Of a stretch of 32,000 nt of DNA, positions 8,382 to 18,360 are shown piece after piece (positions within the stretch are counted from its first letter, which is position 1; each line of letters begins with the position of its first letter). Origin of the DNA: Desulfobulbus propionicus DSM 2032 (GTDB lineage Bacteria; Desulfobacterota; Desulfobulbia; Desulfobulbales; Desulfobulbaceae); the NCBI RefSeq assembly GCF_000186885.1, contig NC_014972.1, positions 270,001-302,000 of the forward strand. Reading direction: 5' to 3'. A program made the position numbers and the translations under genes. The notes under the pieces are model-generated. The model was not told where the DNA came from. It saw only the letters and a list, made by a program, of their open reading frames with translations, and searched no databases.

Positions 8382-10442
8382 ATGACCGACCCGAAGAACA
8401 CTTCACTGCATGCCCACATCCTTGCTGTCAAAAAAGGTGAACGGGTTTTTGAAAATGCCTTTCAAAGTGTCAGCCGGATGATCCTGGAAAAGGACATCAA
8501 CAAGGTCACGGTCAACGGCAAATCCACCTTTGATTTCACCATCTTCCGCGAAGGCAAGAAACACATCATCGGCATGTACGACGAGATCAACTCGTTCGTC
8601 TCCTTTGTCAAGGACGCCTCCCAGGGCGGCTCCTCCAAGGAGATGGCCTTTGTCCTCGTCGGCGAGCCGGGCAACGGCAAGACCTTCCTGGTCGAGTATC
8701 TGTGCAGTCTGTACCGCGATTTTCTCTCTCGGCCCAAGAATCGGAAATACACTTTTCGGTTCACCAATCTCGACCGGATCGGCAGCTACGGCGCCATCAG
8801 AATGATCGAGTCGCAGACCTACGAGGATCCGATGATCCTGGCCCTCAATCTGTTTGAGAGCAAAAGCGAATCGATGCAGTACCTCGCCAAGAAATGCAAG
8901 GTCAGCGACGCCACCCTGGAGACCTGGGCCGAGAATTACCGGCCGCTGGGCGCCTGCTCGGCTTATATCTGGAACGACATTCGCACGCTCTGCGGCGACG
9001 ACGTCGAGGCGATGCTGCAATGCGTGGAGATCGTGCCGGTGCCGCTGGTGGAGAGTTTGGGCACGGTCACCGGCAAATATCCGGCCAAGGACAAGATCAC
9101 CAGTTCGGCGGTGGATCTGCTCGGCGAGGAGTCGATCCAACGGCTGTTGCACATCACCGACACCAACAATCCCTACCGGTTCGACCTGCGGCGCGGAGCC
9201 CTGGCCCGGGTGGCCGGCGGCGGCATCCATTTCAGCGACGAGATCTACAAGAACAAGAAAGACCTGGTGCAAGTGTACCTGGGGATCATTCAGAACCGGA
9301 CCATCGAGATCGATGGCTACCGCTGGCCGATCGACACCCTGATCATCGCCACCAGCAACAACTCGGAATTCAACCGTTTCCTCGCCGAAAAGGAAGAAGC
9401 GCCGATCATCGACCGCTGCCGCATCTGCTATGTGTCGCACAACACCAACTACCGTCAGCAGCGCGATCTGACCGCCTACGCCATCGGCAACGAGTCCAAG
9501 ACCACCCTCACCGGCAACGTCATGCACCAGGACCCGAACCTCAACTACGCCGCCTCGGTGGCCGTGGTCCTCACCCGTCTGCCGCGCTCGGAGAAGCTGA
9601 CCCCGATCGAGACCATGAAGCTGGCCGCCGGCGAGGTGGCGGGCGAAAAGAGCCTGAAGACGCTCGCCGAGGTGATCGACACCCTCAACCAGGAGCACGA
9701 CATCACCAAACGTTTCGGCCAGAAGGGACTGGGCCAGCGCAACCTCGGCCGCACCATGCAGCTGATGCTCGAGAGTTCGGAGACCAACGAGGGCAAGTGC
9801 ATGTTCGCCTACGACGTGTTCACGGCGCTGGAGCGGGTGATCCTCGACTATGTGTCCGAGGCGGCTGACCGGGCCAAATTCCTCGATGATCTCAAGATCG
9901 CCAAGGGACTGTACCGCGAGCGGATCATGACCGAGATGTTCAACGCCTACATGGACGAACCGCTGGCCATCCGCAAGGACGTGCTCAACTACGTCAACAT
10001 GATCATCGGCATCGACGCCGAGAACCTGGGCGTGGATCGGATGTGGAAGTACAAGAACCCCCAGACCGGCGAACTGCAGGCCTTAAAGATCGACGAACGC
10101 TACATCGATTCGGTCGAAGCCTGCCTCGGCTTGAAGATCCGCGAGCAGAAAGACAGCTTCCGCACCTCGATCCGCAAGATTTATGGCCAGAAGATTTCGG
10201 TCAATCCGGACTACGATTTCATGGACAATCTGGAGTTGGTCAAGGCGGTCACCGATGTTCGCCTGAAATCCGACATCGCCGGTGCCGGCAGCCTGATTGG
10301 CGCGCTTGCCAACCGCACCAACGAGGAGAACCAGAAGCTCTACGACCGGATGATCGACACCATGCTGAACAAGCTCGGCTACTGTGTCACCTGCGCCCAG
10401 AAGACCATCGAGTACTTCTGTACCCAGGTGGATGAGAACTGA
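8382..10442 (+). CDS. prkA: PrkA family protein (AAA+ ATPase annotated as serine protein kinase; YeaG homolog), paralog 1
   Basis: The ATG at 8382 is preceded by AAGGAGG (8369-8375). Walker A is VLVGEPGNGKTFLVEYL, with IHFSDEIYK further on. The overall layout matches the N- and C-terminal parts of B. subtilis PrkA and E. coli YeaG, including the C-terminal MLNKLGYCVTCAQKTIEYF. The in-frame extension back to 8064 in the track is non-protein-like. Confidence 0.9.
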   Translation: MTDPKNTSLHAHILAVKKGERVFENAFQSVSRMILEKDINKVTVNGKSTFDFTIFREGKKHIIGMYDEINSFVSFVKDASQGGSSKEMAFVLVGEPGNGKTFLVEYLCSLYRDFLSRPKNRKYTFRFTNLDRIGSYGAIRMIESQTYEDPMILALNLFESKSESMQYLAKKCKVSDATLETWAENYRPLGACSAYIWNDIRTLCGDDVEAMLQCVEIVPVPLVESLGTVTGKYPAKDKITSSAVDLLGEESIQRLLHITDTNNPYRFDLRRGALARVAGGGIHFSDEIYKNKKDLVQVYLGIIQNRTIEIDGYRWPIDTLIIATSNNSEFNRFLAEKEEAPIIDRCRICYVSHNTNYRQQRDLTAYAIGNESKTTLTGNVMHQDPNLNYAASVAVVLTRLPRSEKLTPIETMKLAAGEVAGEKSLKTLAEVIDTLNQEHDITKRFGQKGLGQRNLGRTMQLMLESSETNEGKCMFAYDVFTALERVILDYVSEAADRAKFLDDLKIAKGLYRERIMTEMFNAYMDEPLAIRKDVLNYVNMIIGIDAENLGVDRMWKYKNPQTGELQALKIDERYIDSVEACLGLKIREQKDSFRTSIRKIYGQKISVNPDYDFMDNLELVKAVTDVRLKSDIAGAGSLIGALANRTNEENQKLYDRMIDTMLNKLGYCVTCAQKTIEYFCTQVDEN

Positions 10443-10470
10443 GGGTGGAGGCAACGGACCAGGGGCAGCC

Positions 10471-11862
10471 ATGTACAGATTACGGCAACTCTATCAGCGG
10501 CTCGAAGCCAAGGGACTGACCGACGACCAGCGGCGGGTGATCGAGCGCGAGCTGGCGATGGCCGAGCAGGGGAGCGATCCCGTACGTGACCATCTGATCG
10601 GTCCGCCGCCTGTGGCCCGTTCGCTGTACAGCTACACTGATCCGCAGATGCTCGGCCAGGGCAATCCGTCGCCCCTGATGTCGCTGGTGGCGGCCCAGTC
10701 GCTCGATCATCTGCTCCAGCGTGACCTGCAGCGGGAAAAAGACGGCTTTCCGCGCAAGATCCGAGTGGGCAAGCTGGTCAAGCCGGGCCGGGACGGCGAC
10801 GACAAGGTGGTGGTCATCCCGACCACGGTCGAGGAAAAGCTGATCCACGACCGCATCCCCGAAGAGGAGGAAGGCGAGGGTGGAGAAGGCCAGGGGCAAG
10901 GCGAAGGCGGGGCTGGCGAGGGTGAAGAGGGCGAGGTGATCGGCGAGCAGCCGATCCGCGAACAGCAGGGCGGCGGCAGTGGCGCCGGGCAGGGCCAGGG
11001 CGGCACCCACGAACTGGAATCCACGGTTTACGATCTGGGCCGCATCCTCACCGAACAGTTCGCCCTGCCCAACCTGCGCGATAAGGGCAAGAAACGCTCG
11101 TTGACCCGTTTTGCCTACGACCTGACCGACAAGAATCGCGGCTTTGGCCAGATCCTCGACAAGAAGGCCACCCTGAAGCGGGTGTTGCAGACCAACATCG
11201 CTCTGGGGCGCTTGCAGGCGGGCACCCCGGTCGATGTCAACACCCTGATGGTCTCGCCCCGTGACCGGGTCTACCGCATCCTGTCCAAGGAAAAAGACTA
11301 CGAGTCCCAGGCGGTGGTCTTTTTTGTTCGCGACTATTCGGGATCCATGGCCGGCAAGCCGACCGAGTTGGTAGTCAATCAGCACGTGCTCATTTACGCC
11401 TGGCTGAGCTACCAGTACCAAAATCAGGTGGAAACGCGCTTCATCCTCCACGATACCGAGGCGCGGGAGGTGGAGAACTTTCAGGCCTATTACCAGATGC
11501 AGGTGGCCGGCGGCACCCAGGTGAGTTCGGCCTACCGTCTGGTCAACCGGATCGTGGCCGAGGAGGAACTGGCCCGCGACTATTCCATCTACGTTTTCCA
11601 CGGCACCGACGGCGACGATTGGGATACCTACGGCGAGGAGTCGTTGCCCGAACTGGAAAAGATGCTCGTCTACGCCAGCCGCGTGGGGATCACCATTGCC
11701 GAGAACGGTCTCGACGGCACCCGTCGCACCGAGGTGGAAAAATATCTGAGCAAGTCCGGTCTGCTGGAGTCACGCAAGGCCCTGCTGCGCTTGGACGTGA
11801 TGTCCAAGGAGAGCACCGAGACGCGGATCATCGAGGGCATCAAACATCTGATTTCTGAATGA
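10471..11862 (+). CDS. yeaH: YeaH/YhbH family protein (DUF444, vWA-like C-terminal domain)
   Basis: The ATG at 10471 (MYRLRQLYQRLE). A Glu/Gly-rich low-complexity linker is followed by YDLGRILTEQFALPNL, then FFVRDYSGSM (a vWA MIDAS-like DxSxS) and VFHGTDGDDW. It sits directly downstream of prkA, as in the conserved yeaG-yeaH pairing. Confidence 0.85.
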   Translation: MYRLRQLYQRLEAKGLTDDQRRVIERELAMAEQGSDPVRDHLIGPPPVARSLYSYTDPQMLGQGNPSPLMSLVAAQSLDHLLQRDLQREKDGFPRKIRVGKLVKPGRDGDDKVVVIPTTVEEKLIHDRIPEEEEGEGGEGQGQGEGGAGEGEEGEVIGEQPIREQQGGGSGAGQGQGGTHELESTVYDLGRILTEQFALPNLRDKGKKRSLTRFAYDLTDKNRGFGQILDKKATLKRVLQTNIALGRLQAGTPVDVNTLMVSPRDRVYRILSKEKDYESQAVVFFVRDYSGSMAGKPTELVVNQHVLIYAWLSYQYQNQVETRFILHDTEAREVENFQAYYQMQVAGGTQVSSAYRLVNRIVAEEELARDYSIYVFHGTDGDDWDTYGEESLPELEKMLVYASRVGITIAENGLDGTRRTEVEKYLSKSGLLESRKALLRLDVMSKESTETRIIEGIKHLISE

Positions 11863-11884
11863 GGGCGGGGCCTCCGGTGCGAGT

Positions 11885-13516
11885 ATGGAACTGATCAGTC
11901 AGCATGCCAAACGGATCATGGAGGGGTGCAAGGAACGCGCCCGGCAGGCAGGCCTGCGCTTCGAGGACGAGACCCTGGAATACGTGGTCACCAACCGCGA
12001 CATGCTGGAACTCGGCCCCAAGGTGATGATCCCCACCCTCTACGATTACTGGGTGCAGGAGGTGGAGGTGCTGCGCGAGCAGGGCCGCTACGAGCTGTAT
12101 CCCAACAATCCCTACGAGACGGTGATCAATACCCGGCCGCCGATTTCCTACTACAACGACAACAATCCCGATTGGCTCAACGTGATGATTTTTTACCACG
12201 TCATCGGCCATATCGATTTTTTTCAGAACAATCTCTTCTTCCGCCACACCTGGGACTACGATTTCACCGGCCGGGCCCTGGCCGACAAACGGCTGTTCGC
12301 CAAGCTGCGTTCGGAAAAGGGGCGCTGGGTGGATTATGTGATCGAGTTCGCCCGCACCATCGACAACCTGGTGGGCTATTTCGATCTGCTGGCCGATGTC
12401 GGCCAAGCGGGCGGCGACCAGCCCCTCAGTCTGCTCGACTACTACTTCGATGTCTTTCTCCAGCGCGGGCCGAAAACAATGGTGAGCACCTATTCCCGGG
12501 AGATCGAACGCTACAACCGGATGTGCAGGGAGTATCCCGAAGACGGGGATCTGCGCTTTGTCAAGAGCGTCACCGAGAAGTATACCGAACTGGAGAGTTT
12601 GCACGCCAGGAAGCTGAAGGAAAAAAAGAGCGTCGGCCGCACGGACCTGCTCCAGTTTCTCATGGAGTATTCGCCCTTTCTCAACCAGGAGAAGAACCGC
12701 TGGATGCTGATGATCCTTGAGGTCATCCGTTCGACCTCGCTCTACTTCCAGCCGCAGATCCGCACCAAGATCCTCAACGAGGGCTGGGCCTCCTACTGGC
12801 ATGACACCCTCTTCCTCGGCGATGAGCGGATCAGGGGCCACGAGGTCGACTACGCCATTGTCAACGCCAAGGTGACCTCCATGCCCCGGGTCGGGCTCAA
12901 CCCCTATGCCTTGGGGCTGCGGTTGTTCCAGCATCTGGAGGAGCAGGCGGACAAGGGACGCACCGGGTTGGAATACTTTCAGACCGCCGACCGTGAGCAG
13001 CGGCGCCATTTTGACCGGGCCACCGGCCAGGGCAGGGAGTACATCTTCCACATCCGCGAGAACTACTGCGATTCAATGTTTATCAACAGCTTCATCGACC
13101 AGGAGTTTGTTGACCGCTACCGCTTGTTCGTCGCCGGCAAACGGCTCAACCGGGAACGGATGACCTGGCAGTACTATGTCAAGAGCCGCAAGGCCGTCGA
13201 TTACCGACAGATGGTGGCCGAGAGCCTGTATCATCCACCGCGCGTCGAGGTGACGGTGGCGGAGAACAATGCCCTGGTGCTTGACCATGTGTTCGAGGGG
13301 AAACCCCTGTTGCGCGATTTCATCCAGGGGGTGCTGCTCGGGGTGGAGTTTCTCTGGGGCGACGAGGTGCATCTCTATACCAGCGTGCCCATTCCGGTCA
13401 AGGCGGGCAAAGAGGACGGACAGCCCCGGGAAGAAACCCCGAAGCGGACCATCAGCTGGAAACGGTTCCGTTTCACCATGAAAGACAGGACCCTGTCGCG
13501 GACGCTCGCGGAATGA
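11885..13516 (+). CDS. spoVR: SpoVR family protein (YcgB homolog)
   Basis: 543 aa with FYHVIGHIDFFQNN, ILNEGWASYWH and NPYALGLRLFQHLEE, blocks characteristic of SpoVR/YcgB. It is the third member of the conserved prkA-yeaH-spoVR module. Confidence 0.9.
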   Translation: MELISQHAKRIMEGCKERARQAGLRFEDETLEYVVTNRDMLELGPKVMIPTLYDYWVQEVEVLREQGRYELYPNNPYETVINTRPPISYYNDNNPDWLNVMIFYHVIGHIDFFQNNLFFRHTWDYDFTGRALADKRLFAKLRSEKGRWVDYVIEFARTIDNLVGYFDLLADVGQAGGDQPLSLLDYYFDVFLQRGPKTMVSTYSREIERYNRMCREYPEDGDLRFVKSVTEKYTELESLHARKLKEKKSVGRTDLLQFLMEYSPFLNQEKNRWMLMILEVIRSTSLYFQPQIRTKILNEGWASYWHDTLFLGDERIRGHEVDYAIVNAKVTSMPRVGLNPYALGLRLFQHLEEQADKGRTGLEYFQTADREQRRHFDRATGQGREYIFHIRENYCDSMFINSFIDQEFVDRYRLFVAGKRLNRERMTWQYYVKSRKAVDYRQMVAESLYHPPRVEVTVAENNALVLDHVFEGKPLLRDFIQGVLLGVEFLWGDEVHLYTSVPIPVKAGKEDGQPREETPKRTISWKRFRFTMKDRTLSRTLAE

Positions 13517-13544
13517 CGGCTCGGCGACAAGGAAAGGGAACGTT

Positions 13545-15773
13545 ATGGGTGCACTGACCAAAGCCTTGCAGACCCTGCACAAGTATCGGGGCGATCACAA
13601 TCGGCAGGCGGAGCTGTCGTTCACGCAATTCCTCCGCGAGGTGGTCGAGCGGCCGGAACGCAATATCCGCAACGTCACCCAGGTCTATGCCGACATGGTA
13701 CATCATTTTGTCCGCAACGGCTTTGACGAATACCGCAACGATCCGGAATCGATCAACTATCTGCACTACGACTGTAGCCGCCTGTTTGTCGAGGGCTCGG
13801 ACCGGCCCTTCTTTGCCGATCGTCTCTTTGCCAACCGGCTGGTTCGCCATGTGGAATCGCTTTCGGTTGGCGACCAGCAGAACAAGATCTATATTTTCGA
13901 CGGTCCGCACGGCAGCGGCAAATCGACCTTCCTCAACAACCTGCTGCGCAAGTTCGAACAGTATGCCAACACTCCGGAAGGCAGTCGGTTCGAGGTGGTA
14001 TGGCGGTTGAAGGTTCCCGAATCGGTTGGTGGCCAGACCATGGGCAGCGATCAGGGGGAAGGCGGCCATTGGCTGACCTTGCCCTGCCCGAGTCACGATC
14101 ACCCGCTGTTGCTCATCCCCAAGGAAATCCGGCGCCAGTTCCTCGATGAGCTGCTGGAGGACGACCGGTTCAAGGCCCAGCTGTTCACCGAGAAGAAATA
14201 CGAATGGGTGTTCCGCGAGGAGCCCTGCACCCTCTGCCTGTCGCTCTACCAGGAGCTGCTGAAAAAGGAGGGCGATCCCCTCAAGGTGCTGGACCATGTT
14301 TTTGCCCGGCCGTATGTGTTCAATCGGCGGCTGGGGGCCGGCATTTCGGTGTTCAACCCCGGCGACCGGCGCTCGCAGCGCAATGTTCGCACCGACGACG
14401 AGGTGCAGCGTACCCTCAACAGTCTGTTCTCGCCCGCCGGCAAGGTGCCCTATCTCTACTCAGGCTATGCCAAGAGCAACAACGGCATCTATGCCTTGAT
14501 GGACGTCAAGTCGCACAATACCGAGCGGTTGATGGATCTGCACAACATCATCAGCGACGGAGTGCACAAGGTCGATCATGTCGAGGAGCGGGTCAATTCC
14601 CTGTTTTTCGCCCTGATGAACCCAGAGGACAAGAAGGTGCTCACCGATCTGGCTGCCTTCTCCGACCGGATCGAATATGTCAATATTCCCTATATTCTCG
14701 ATATTAAAACTGAAATCGAGATTTATCGTGAGGTCTTTGGCCGGCACATCGATGCCAGTTTTCTCCCCCGGGTGCTGCACAACTTTGCCCGGGTGATCGT
14801 CGCCACCCGGCTGCGGACCCGGTCGGAGGCCATGCTCGAATGGATTCAGGATCCGGACAAGTATGCGCTCTACTGCGACAAGAACCTGCAGCTGCTCAAG
14901 ATGGAGATCTATACGGGCCACATCCCGCCCTGGCTGAGCGAGGAGGACGTGGAGCGGTTCACCTCCAAGCGGCGGCTGAAAATCATCGCCGAATCGGAAC
15001 AGGACGGCTGGCAGGGGTTGTCGGGTCGTGATTCCATCCGCATGTTCAACGAGTTCTATGCGCGCTACGCCCGTGAGGACAAGCTGATCGACATGTCGAT
15101 GCTCGGCCTCTTCTTCCGCAAATACTGCAAGAAGGACAAGACCTTCCTGCCCATGGGCTTTCTCGATTCCCTGTTGCGGATGTACAACTACGCCGTGTTG
15201 CAGTCGGTCAAGGAATCGCTCTACGACTACAACGAGGAGCAGATCGCCCGCGACATCCAGAACTATCTGTTCGCGGTCAACTTTGAACCCGGGACCAGCG
15301 AAACCTGCCGCTTCACCGGCGAGCGGCTGGACATCAACGAAGCCTTCTTTCAACGCATCGAGTCCCGGTTGATGGTCTCGTCCGCCGACGCCACGGCCTT
15401 CCGCAACAGCGTGCAAAAGGCGTACACCACCACCACCCTCACCCAGGAAATCCTGCGCGACAACCTGGACATCAGCCAAACCGCGCTGTACCTCCACCTC
15501 CACGAACGCTATATCCACCATCTCAAGGAAAAGGTGCTCGACCCCTTTCTGGAGAACGAGAATTTCCGCCGCGCGGTCAAGGAGTTCGATCAGGAGTCCT
15601 TCAAGACCTATGATCACAAGATCCAGAGCGATGTCCGTTTCATGATGCACAACCTGCAGAAAAAATTCGGCTATACCCGTCAGGGCGCCAAGGAAATCTG
15701 CATCTACGTCATCGACAACAACTTGGCCCGGGTCTTTTCCGAGCAGATCAACTACGGGCAGCTCATCCCCTGA
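13545..15773 (+). CDS. Second, divergent PrkA-family AAA+ protein (paralog 2)
   Basis: 742 aa. The N-terminus (ELSFTQFLREVVERPERNIRNVTQVYADMV) resembles the YeaG/PrkA N-terminus. Walker A is IFDGPHGSGKSTFLNNLL, followed by LPCPSHDHPLLLIP and CTLC, then DRIEYVNIPYILDIKTEIEIY (compare YeaG LDRIYIVKVPYCLRVSEEVKIY). The C-terminus carries LQKKFGYTRQGAKEICIYV, parallel to paralog 1. Confidence 0.8.
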   Translation: MGALTKALQTLHKYRGDHNRQAELSFTQFLREVVERPERNIRNVTQVYADMVHHFVRNGFDEYRNDPESINYLHYDCSRLFVEGSDRPFFADRLFANRLVRHVESLSVGDQQNKIYIFDGPHGSGKSTFLNNLLRKFEQYANTPEGSRFEVVWRLKVPESVGGQTMGSDQGEGGHWLTLPCPSHDHPLLLIPKEIRRQFLDELLEDDRFKAQLFTEKKYEWVFREEPCTLCLSLYQELLKKEGDPLKVLDHVFARPYVFNRRLGAGISVFNPGDRRSQRNVRTDDEVQRTLNSLFSPAGKVPYLYSGYAKSNNGIYALMDVKSHNTERLMDLHNIISDGVHKVDHVEERVNSLFFALMNPEDKKVLTDLAAFSDRIEYVNIPYILDIKTEIEIYREVFGRHIDASFLPRVLHNFARVIVATRLRTRSEAMLEWIQDPDKYALYCDKNLQLLKMEIYTGHIPPWLSEEDVERFTSKRRLKIIAESEQDGWQGLSGRDSIRMFNEFYARYAREDKLIDMSMLGLFFRKYCKKDKTFLPMGFLDSLLRMYNYAVLQSVKESLYDYNEEQIARDIQNYLFAVNFEPGTSETCRFTGERLDINEAFFQRIESRLMVSSADATAFRNSVQKAYTTTTLTQEILRDNLDISQTALYLHLHERYIHHLKEKVLDPFLENENFRRAVKEFDQESFKTYDHKIQSDVRFMMHNLQKKFGYTRQGAKEICIYVIDNNLARVFSEQINYGQLIP

Positions 15774-15794
15774 GAACGGTCGATTTGCTGGCTG

Positions 15795-18272
15795 TTAGCC
15801 GTCGGCAAGCATCCCCTTGCGTTGCAGAAAGGCAAAGTATTCCTCCGGCGAAGGCAGACGCCCCGCAAGCGCGCTGATCGCGGTCAGCTCGGTGGAACCG
15901 AGATAGACCCGAGCGCCGTCGCCGAGACGGTTGTCGAAGTTGCGGGTCGAGGTGGACATCACCGTCGCCCCCGGTCGTACCCGGGCCTGATTGCCCATGC
16001 ACAGGCTGCAGCCGGGGATCTCCACCCGGCCGCCGACCTGGGCAAAGACGCTCAATCCCCCTTCCCGCTGGATGATGTCCCGGTCCATGCGGGTGGAGGG
16101 GGCGATCCATAGCCGGCTGGCCGCATAGGGTTCGTCCCGCAGCAACCGTGCCGCGGCCTGCAGGTGCGACAAATGGGTCATGCAAGAGCCGATGAAGGCC
16201 TCGTCAATGGCTGCCCCAGCCACCTCGCGCAATGGGCGCACATCGTCCGGGTCGTTGGGGCAGGCCAGCAGGGGTTCGGTGATCGCGCTTAGATCGATGT
16301 CGAGCACCGCCTTGTACTCCGCCCCTTTGTCCGCGCTGAGCAGGCGGGGGGAGGCCAGCCAGTCCTCAAGTGCAGCAATGCGCCGTTCCAACGCGGAACG
16401 ATCCGCATAGCCATCGGCGATCAGGTCCCGGAGCAGAGCGCTATTCTGGCGCACATTTTCGATCACTGCGGCCAGCGACAGCTTGACCGTGCAGGCGGCG
16501 GCGCTGCGCTCAGCCGAGGCATCGCTCAATTCAAAGGCCTGCTCGACACTGAGGTCGTCCACGCCCTCGATTTCGAGGATGGTACCGGCAAAGATGTTCT
16601 TCTTGCCCTTCTTGGCCACGGTCAGCAACCCTTGTTGGATGGCGGCATGGGGAATGGCGTTGACCATGTCGCGCACCGTGATTCCCGGCCGGCGGCGGCC
16701 ATGGAAACGGACCAGCACCGACGGCGGCATCTCCAGGGGCATGAAACCCAGCGCTCCGGCAAAGGCCACCAGACCGGAACCGGCCGGGAAGGAGATGCCC
16801 AGCGGAAAACGGGTATGGGAATCACCGCCCGTGCCCACGGTGTCGGGAACGAGCATCCGGTTGAGCCAGGAATGGATGACTCCGTCGCCGGGCTTGAGGG
16901 CCACGCCGCCGCAGACCACCGTGGTTTCGGTCATGCTCTGCCAGCGGCCGAGATCCGAGGCCTTGGGGTAGGCGGCGGTATGGCAGAACGATTGCATGAA
17001 CAGATCGGCCTTGAAGCGCAGGCAGGCCAGTTCGGCGAGTTCCTGCATGGTCATGGGACCGGTGGTGTCCTGGGAGCCGACCGTGGTCATCCGCGGCTCG
17101 CAGACCGTGCCCGGCACAACACCGACAACGCCGCAGGCCAGGCCAACCATTTTCTGCGCCAGGGTATAGGCGTGGTCAGCGTTGGGTACAGGATTGGTGA
17201 CCTCGTGGAACAGGGAGGGGAATGGGCGTCCCAAGGCCTCGCAGGCCCGACGGGTGAGATTGCGGCCAATGATCAGGTTGAGCCGGCCACCGGCGCGGTA
17301 TTCGTCGAGCAGGGTCAGCGGCGCGGGTTTGAGAGGAATGGCTTGTCCGTTTTCCTGTTCCAGGGTCCACTGGTGCAGGTTGAGCACCACTTGGTCGCCG
17401 GTATGCAGGCCGGCCACCTCGCATTCGATCGCCAGTACCCCGGCATCGCGGGCGGTGGCGTAAAAGATGGGGGCGATGATCCCGCCCAGCACCAGGCCGC
17501 CGCGCCGTTTGTTGGGAATATGGGGAATATCCTCGCCCAGATGCCAGCTCACCGAATTGATGGCCGATTTGCGCGAAGAGCCGGTACCGACCACGTCGCC
17601 GGCAAAGGCCACGGTCCGCCCTTGGGCGCGAAGGTCGGCGATGGTGCGGATACCGTCCGGAAAGCGGGTCACCCCGAAAAAGGTGGCGTGCAAGGGGATA
17701 TCGGCTCGGGTCTGGGCCTGATTGCCGGGGGAGAAATCGTCGGTGTTGATCTCACCCTCGACCTTGTACACGGTGCAGGCTATCTTCTCCGGCAATGCGG
17801 GACTGCGGGTGAACCACTCGGCCGCGGCCCAGGATTCGAGCACGCCGCGCGCCGCAGGATGCGTCGTGGCCAACTCGGCCACCTCGTCAAAGGCTTCGTA
17901 AATCTTGGTCAGCCCTTTAAGGGCCTCGGCGGCAGCTTCGGCCAGCGGGGCGATGCGCAGCAGACGCAGCAGGGCGCTGACATTGTAGCCGCCGCCCATC
18001 TGGGCGAGCATGGCGATGGCCGCCTGGGGAGGCAACTGGTCGACCGCAATCGCCCCTTTGGCCACCAGCTCAAGCCAGTCTGCCTTGACGCCGGCTGCCT
18101 TGCTCACCCCGGGTTCGACCCGATCAGCCAGCAGTTGGAGCAGGGCTGCCTGCTCCCCGTGACCGGCCGCCAGCAGTTCGGTGAGTTCCCGGGTTTGCAG
18201 GGCTGTCAGGGGCAGGGGAGGGACGCCGAGGAGGGCGCGTTCGGCCGCTTTGCTTCTGTACTGTTCCAGCAT
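15795..18272 (-). CDS. acnB: Aconitate hydratase B / 2-methylisocitrate dehydratase
   Basis: 825 aa. The N-terminus MLEQYRSKAAERALLGVPPLPL parallels E. coli AcnB MLEEYRKHVAERAAEGI. It has the AcnB-type domain order (HEAT-like N-terminus, swivel domain, then the Fe-S domains). Cys ligand regions include IGSCMTH and GCSLCMGNQARV. Confidence 0.9.
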   Translation of the reverse strand: MLEQYRSKAAERALLGVPPLPLTALQTRELTELLAAGHGEQAALLQLLADRVEPGVSKAAGVKADWLELVAKGAIAVDQLPPQAAIAMLAQMGGGYNVSALLRLLRIAPLAEAAAEALKGLTKIYEAFDEVAELATTHPAARGVLESWAAAEWFTRSPALPEKIACTVYKVEGEINTDDFSPGNQAQTRADIPLHATFFGVTRFPDGIRTIADLRAQGRTVAFAGDVVGTGSSRKSAINSVSWHLGEDIPHIPNKRRGGLVLGGIIAPIFYATARDAGVLAIECEVAGLHTGDQVVLNLHQWTLEQENGQAIPLKPAPLTLLDEYRAGGRLNLIIGRNLTRRACEALGRPFPSLFHEVTNPVPNADHAYTLAQKMVGLACGVVGVVPGTVCEPRMTTVGSQDTTGPMTMQELAELACLRFKADLFMQSFCHTAAYPKASDLGRWQSMTETTVVCGGVALKPGDGVIHSWLNRMLVPDTVGTGGDSHTRFPLGISFPAGSGLVAFAGALGFMPLEMPPSVLVRFHGRRRPGITVRDMVNAIPHAAIQQGLLTVAKKGKKNIFAGTILEIEGVDDLSVEQAFELSDASAERSAAACTVKLSLAAVIENVRQNSALLRDLIADGYADRSALERRIAALEDWLASPRLLSADKGAEYKAVLDIDLSAITEPLLACPNDPDDVRPLREVAGAAIDEAFIGSCMTHLSHLQAAARLLRDEPYAASRLWIAPSTRMDRDIIQREGGLSVFAQVGGRVEIPGCSLCMGNQARVRPGATVMSTSTRNFDNRLGDGARVYLGSTELTAISALAGRLPSPEEYFAFLQRKGMLADG

Positions 18273-18302
18273 GGGGATCCTCCGTGTGGTGACGTGGTGG
18301 CC

Positions 18303-18344
18303 AACGAGAAACCGCCGACTTTTCCGTGATTGAAAAGCCGACGG
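18303..18344 (-). terminator. Probable rho-independent terminator of the outer-membrane protein gene
   Basis: On the minus strand, CCGTCGGCTTTTC and GAAAAGTCGGCGG form a 13-bp stem (two G-U pairs) with loop AATCACG, followed by TTTCTCGTT. It starts about 17 nt after the stop at 18361. Confidence 0.55.
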
Positions 18345-18360
18345 TGCAGCTCAAGCGGGA

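Noticed and set aside
10855-11005. A repetitive GAAGG/GGCGA-rich stretch, considered as a tandem repeat or array.
   Set aside because: It lies in-frame inside yeaH and encodes a Glu/Gly/Gln-rich linker (EEEEGEGGEGQGQGEGGAGEGEEGE...GGGSGAGQGQGG). As far as I recall, acidic Gly-rich linkers are normal at this position in YeaH/YhbH proteins. It has no regular repeat unit.
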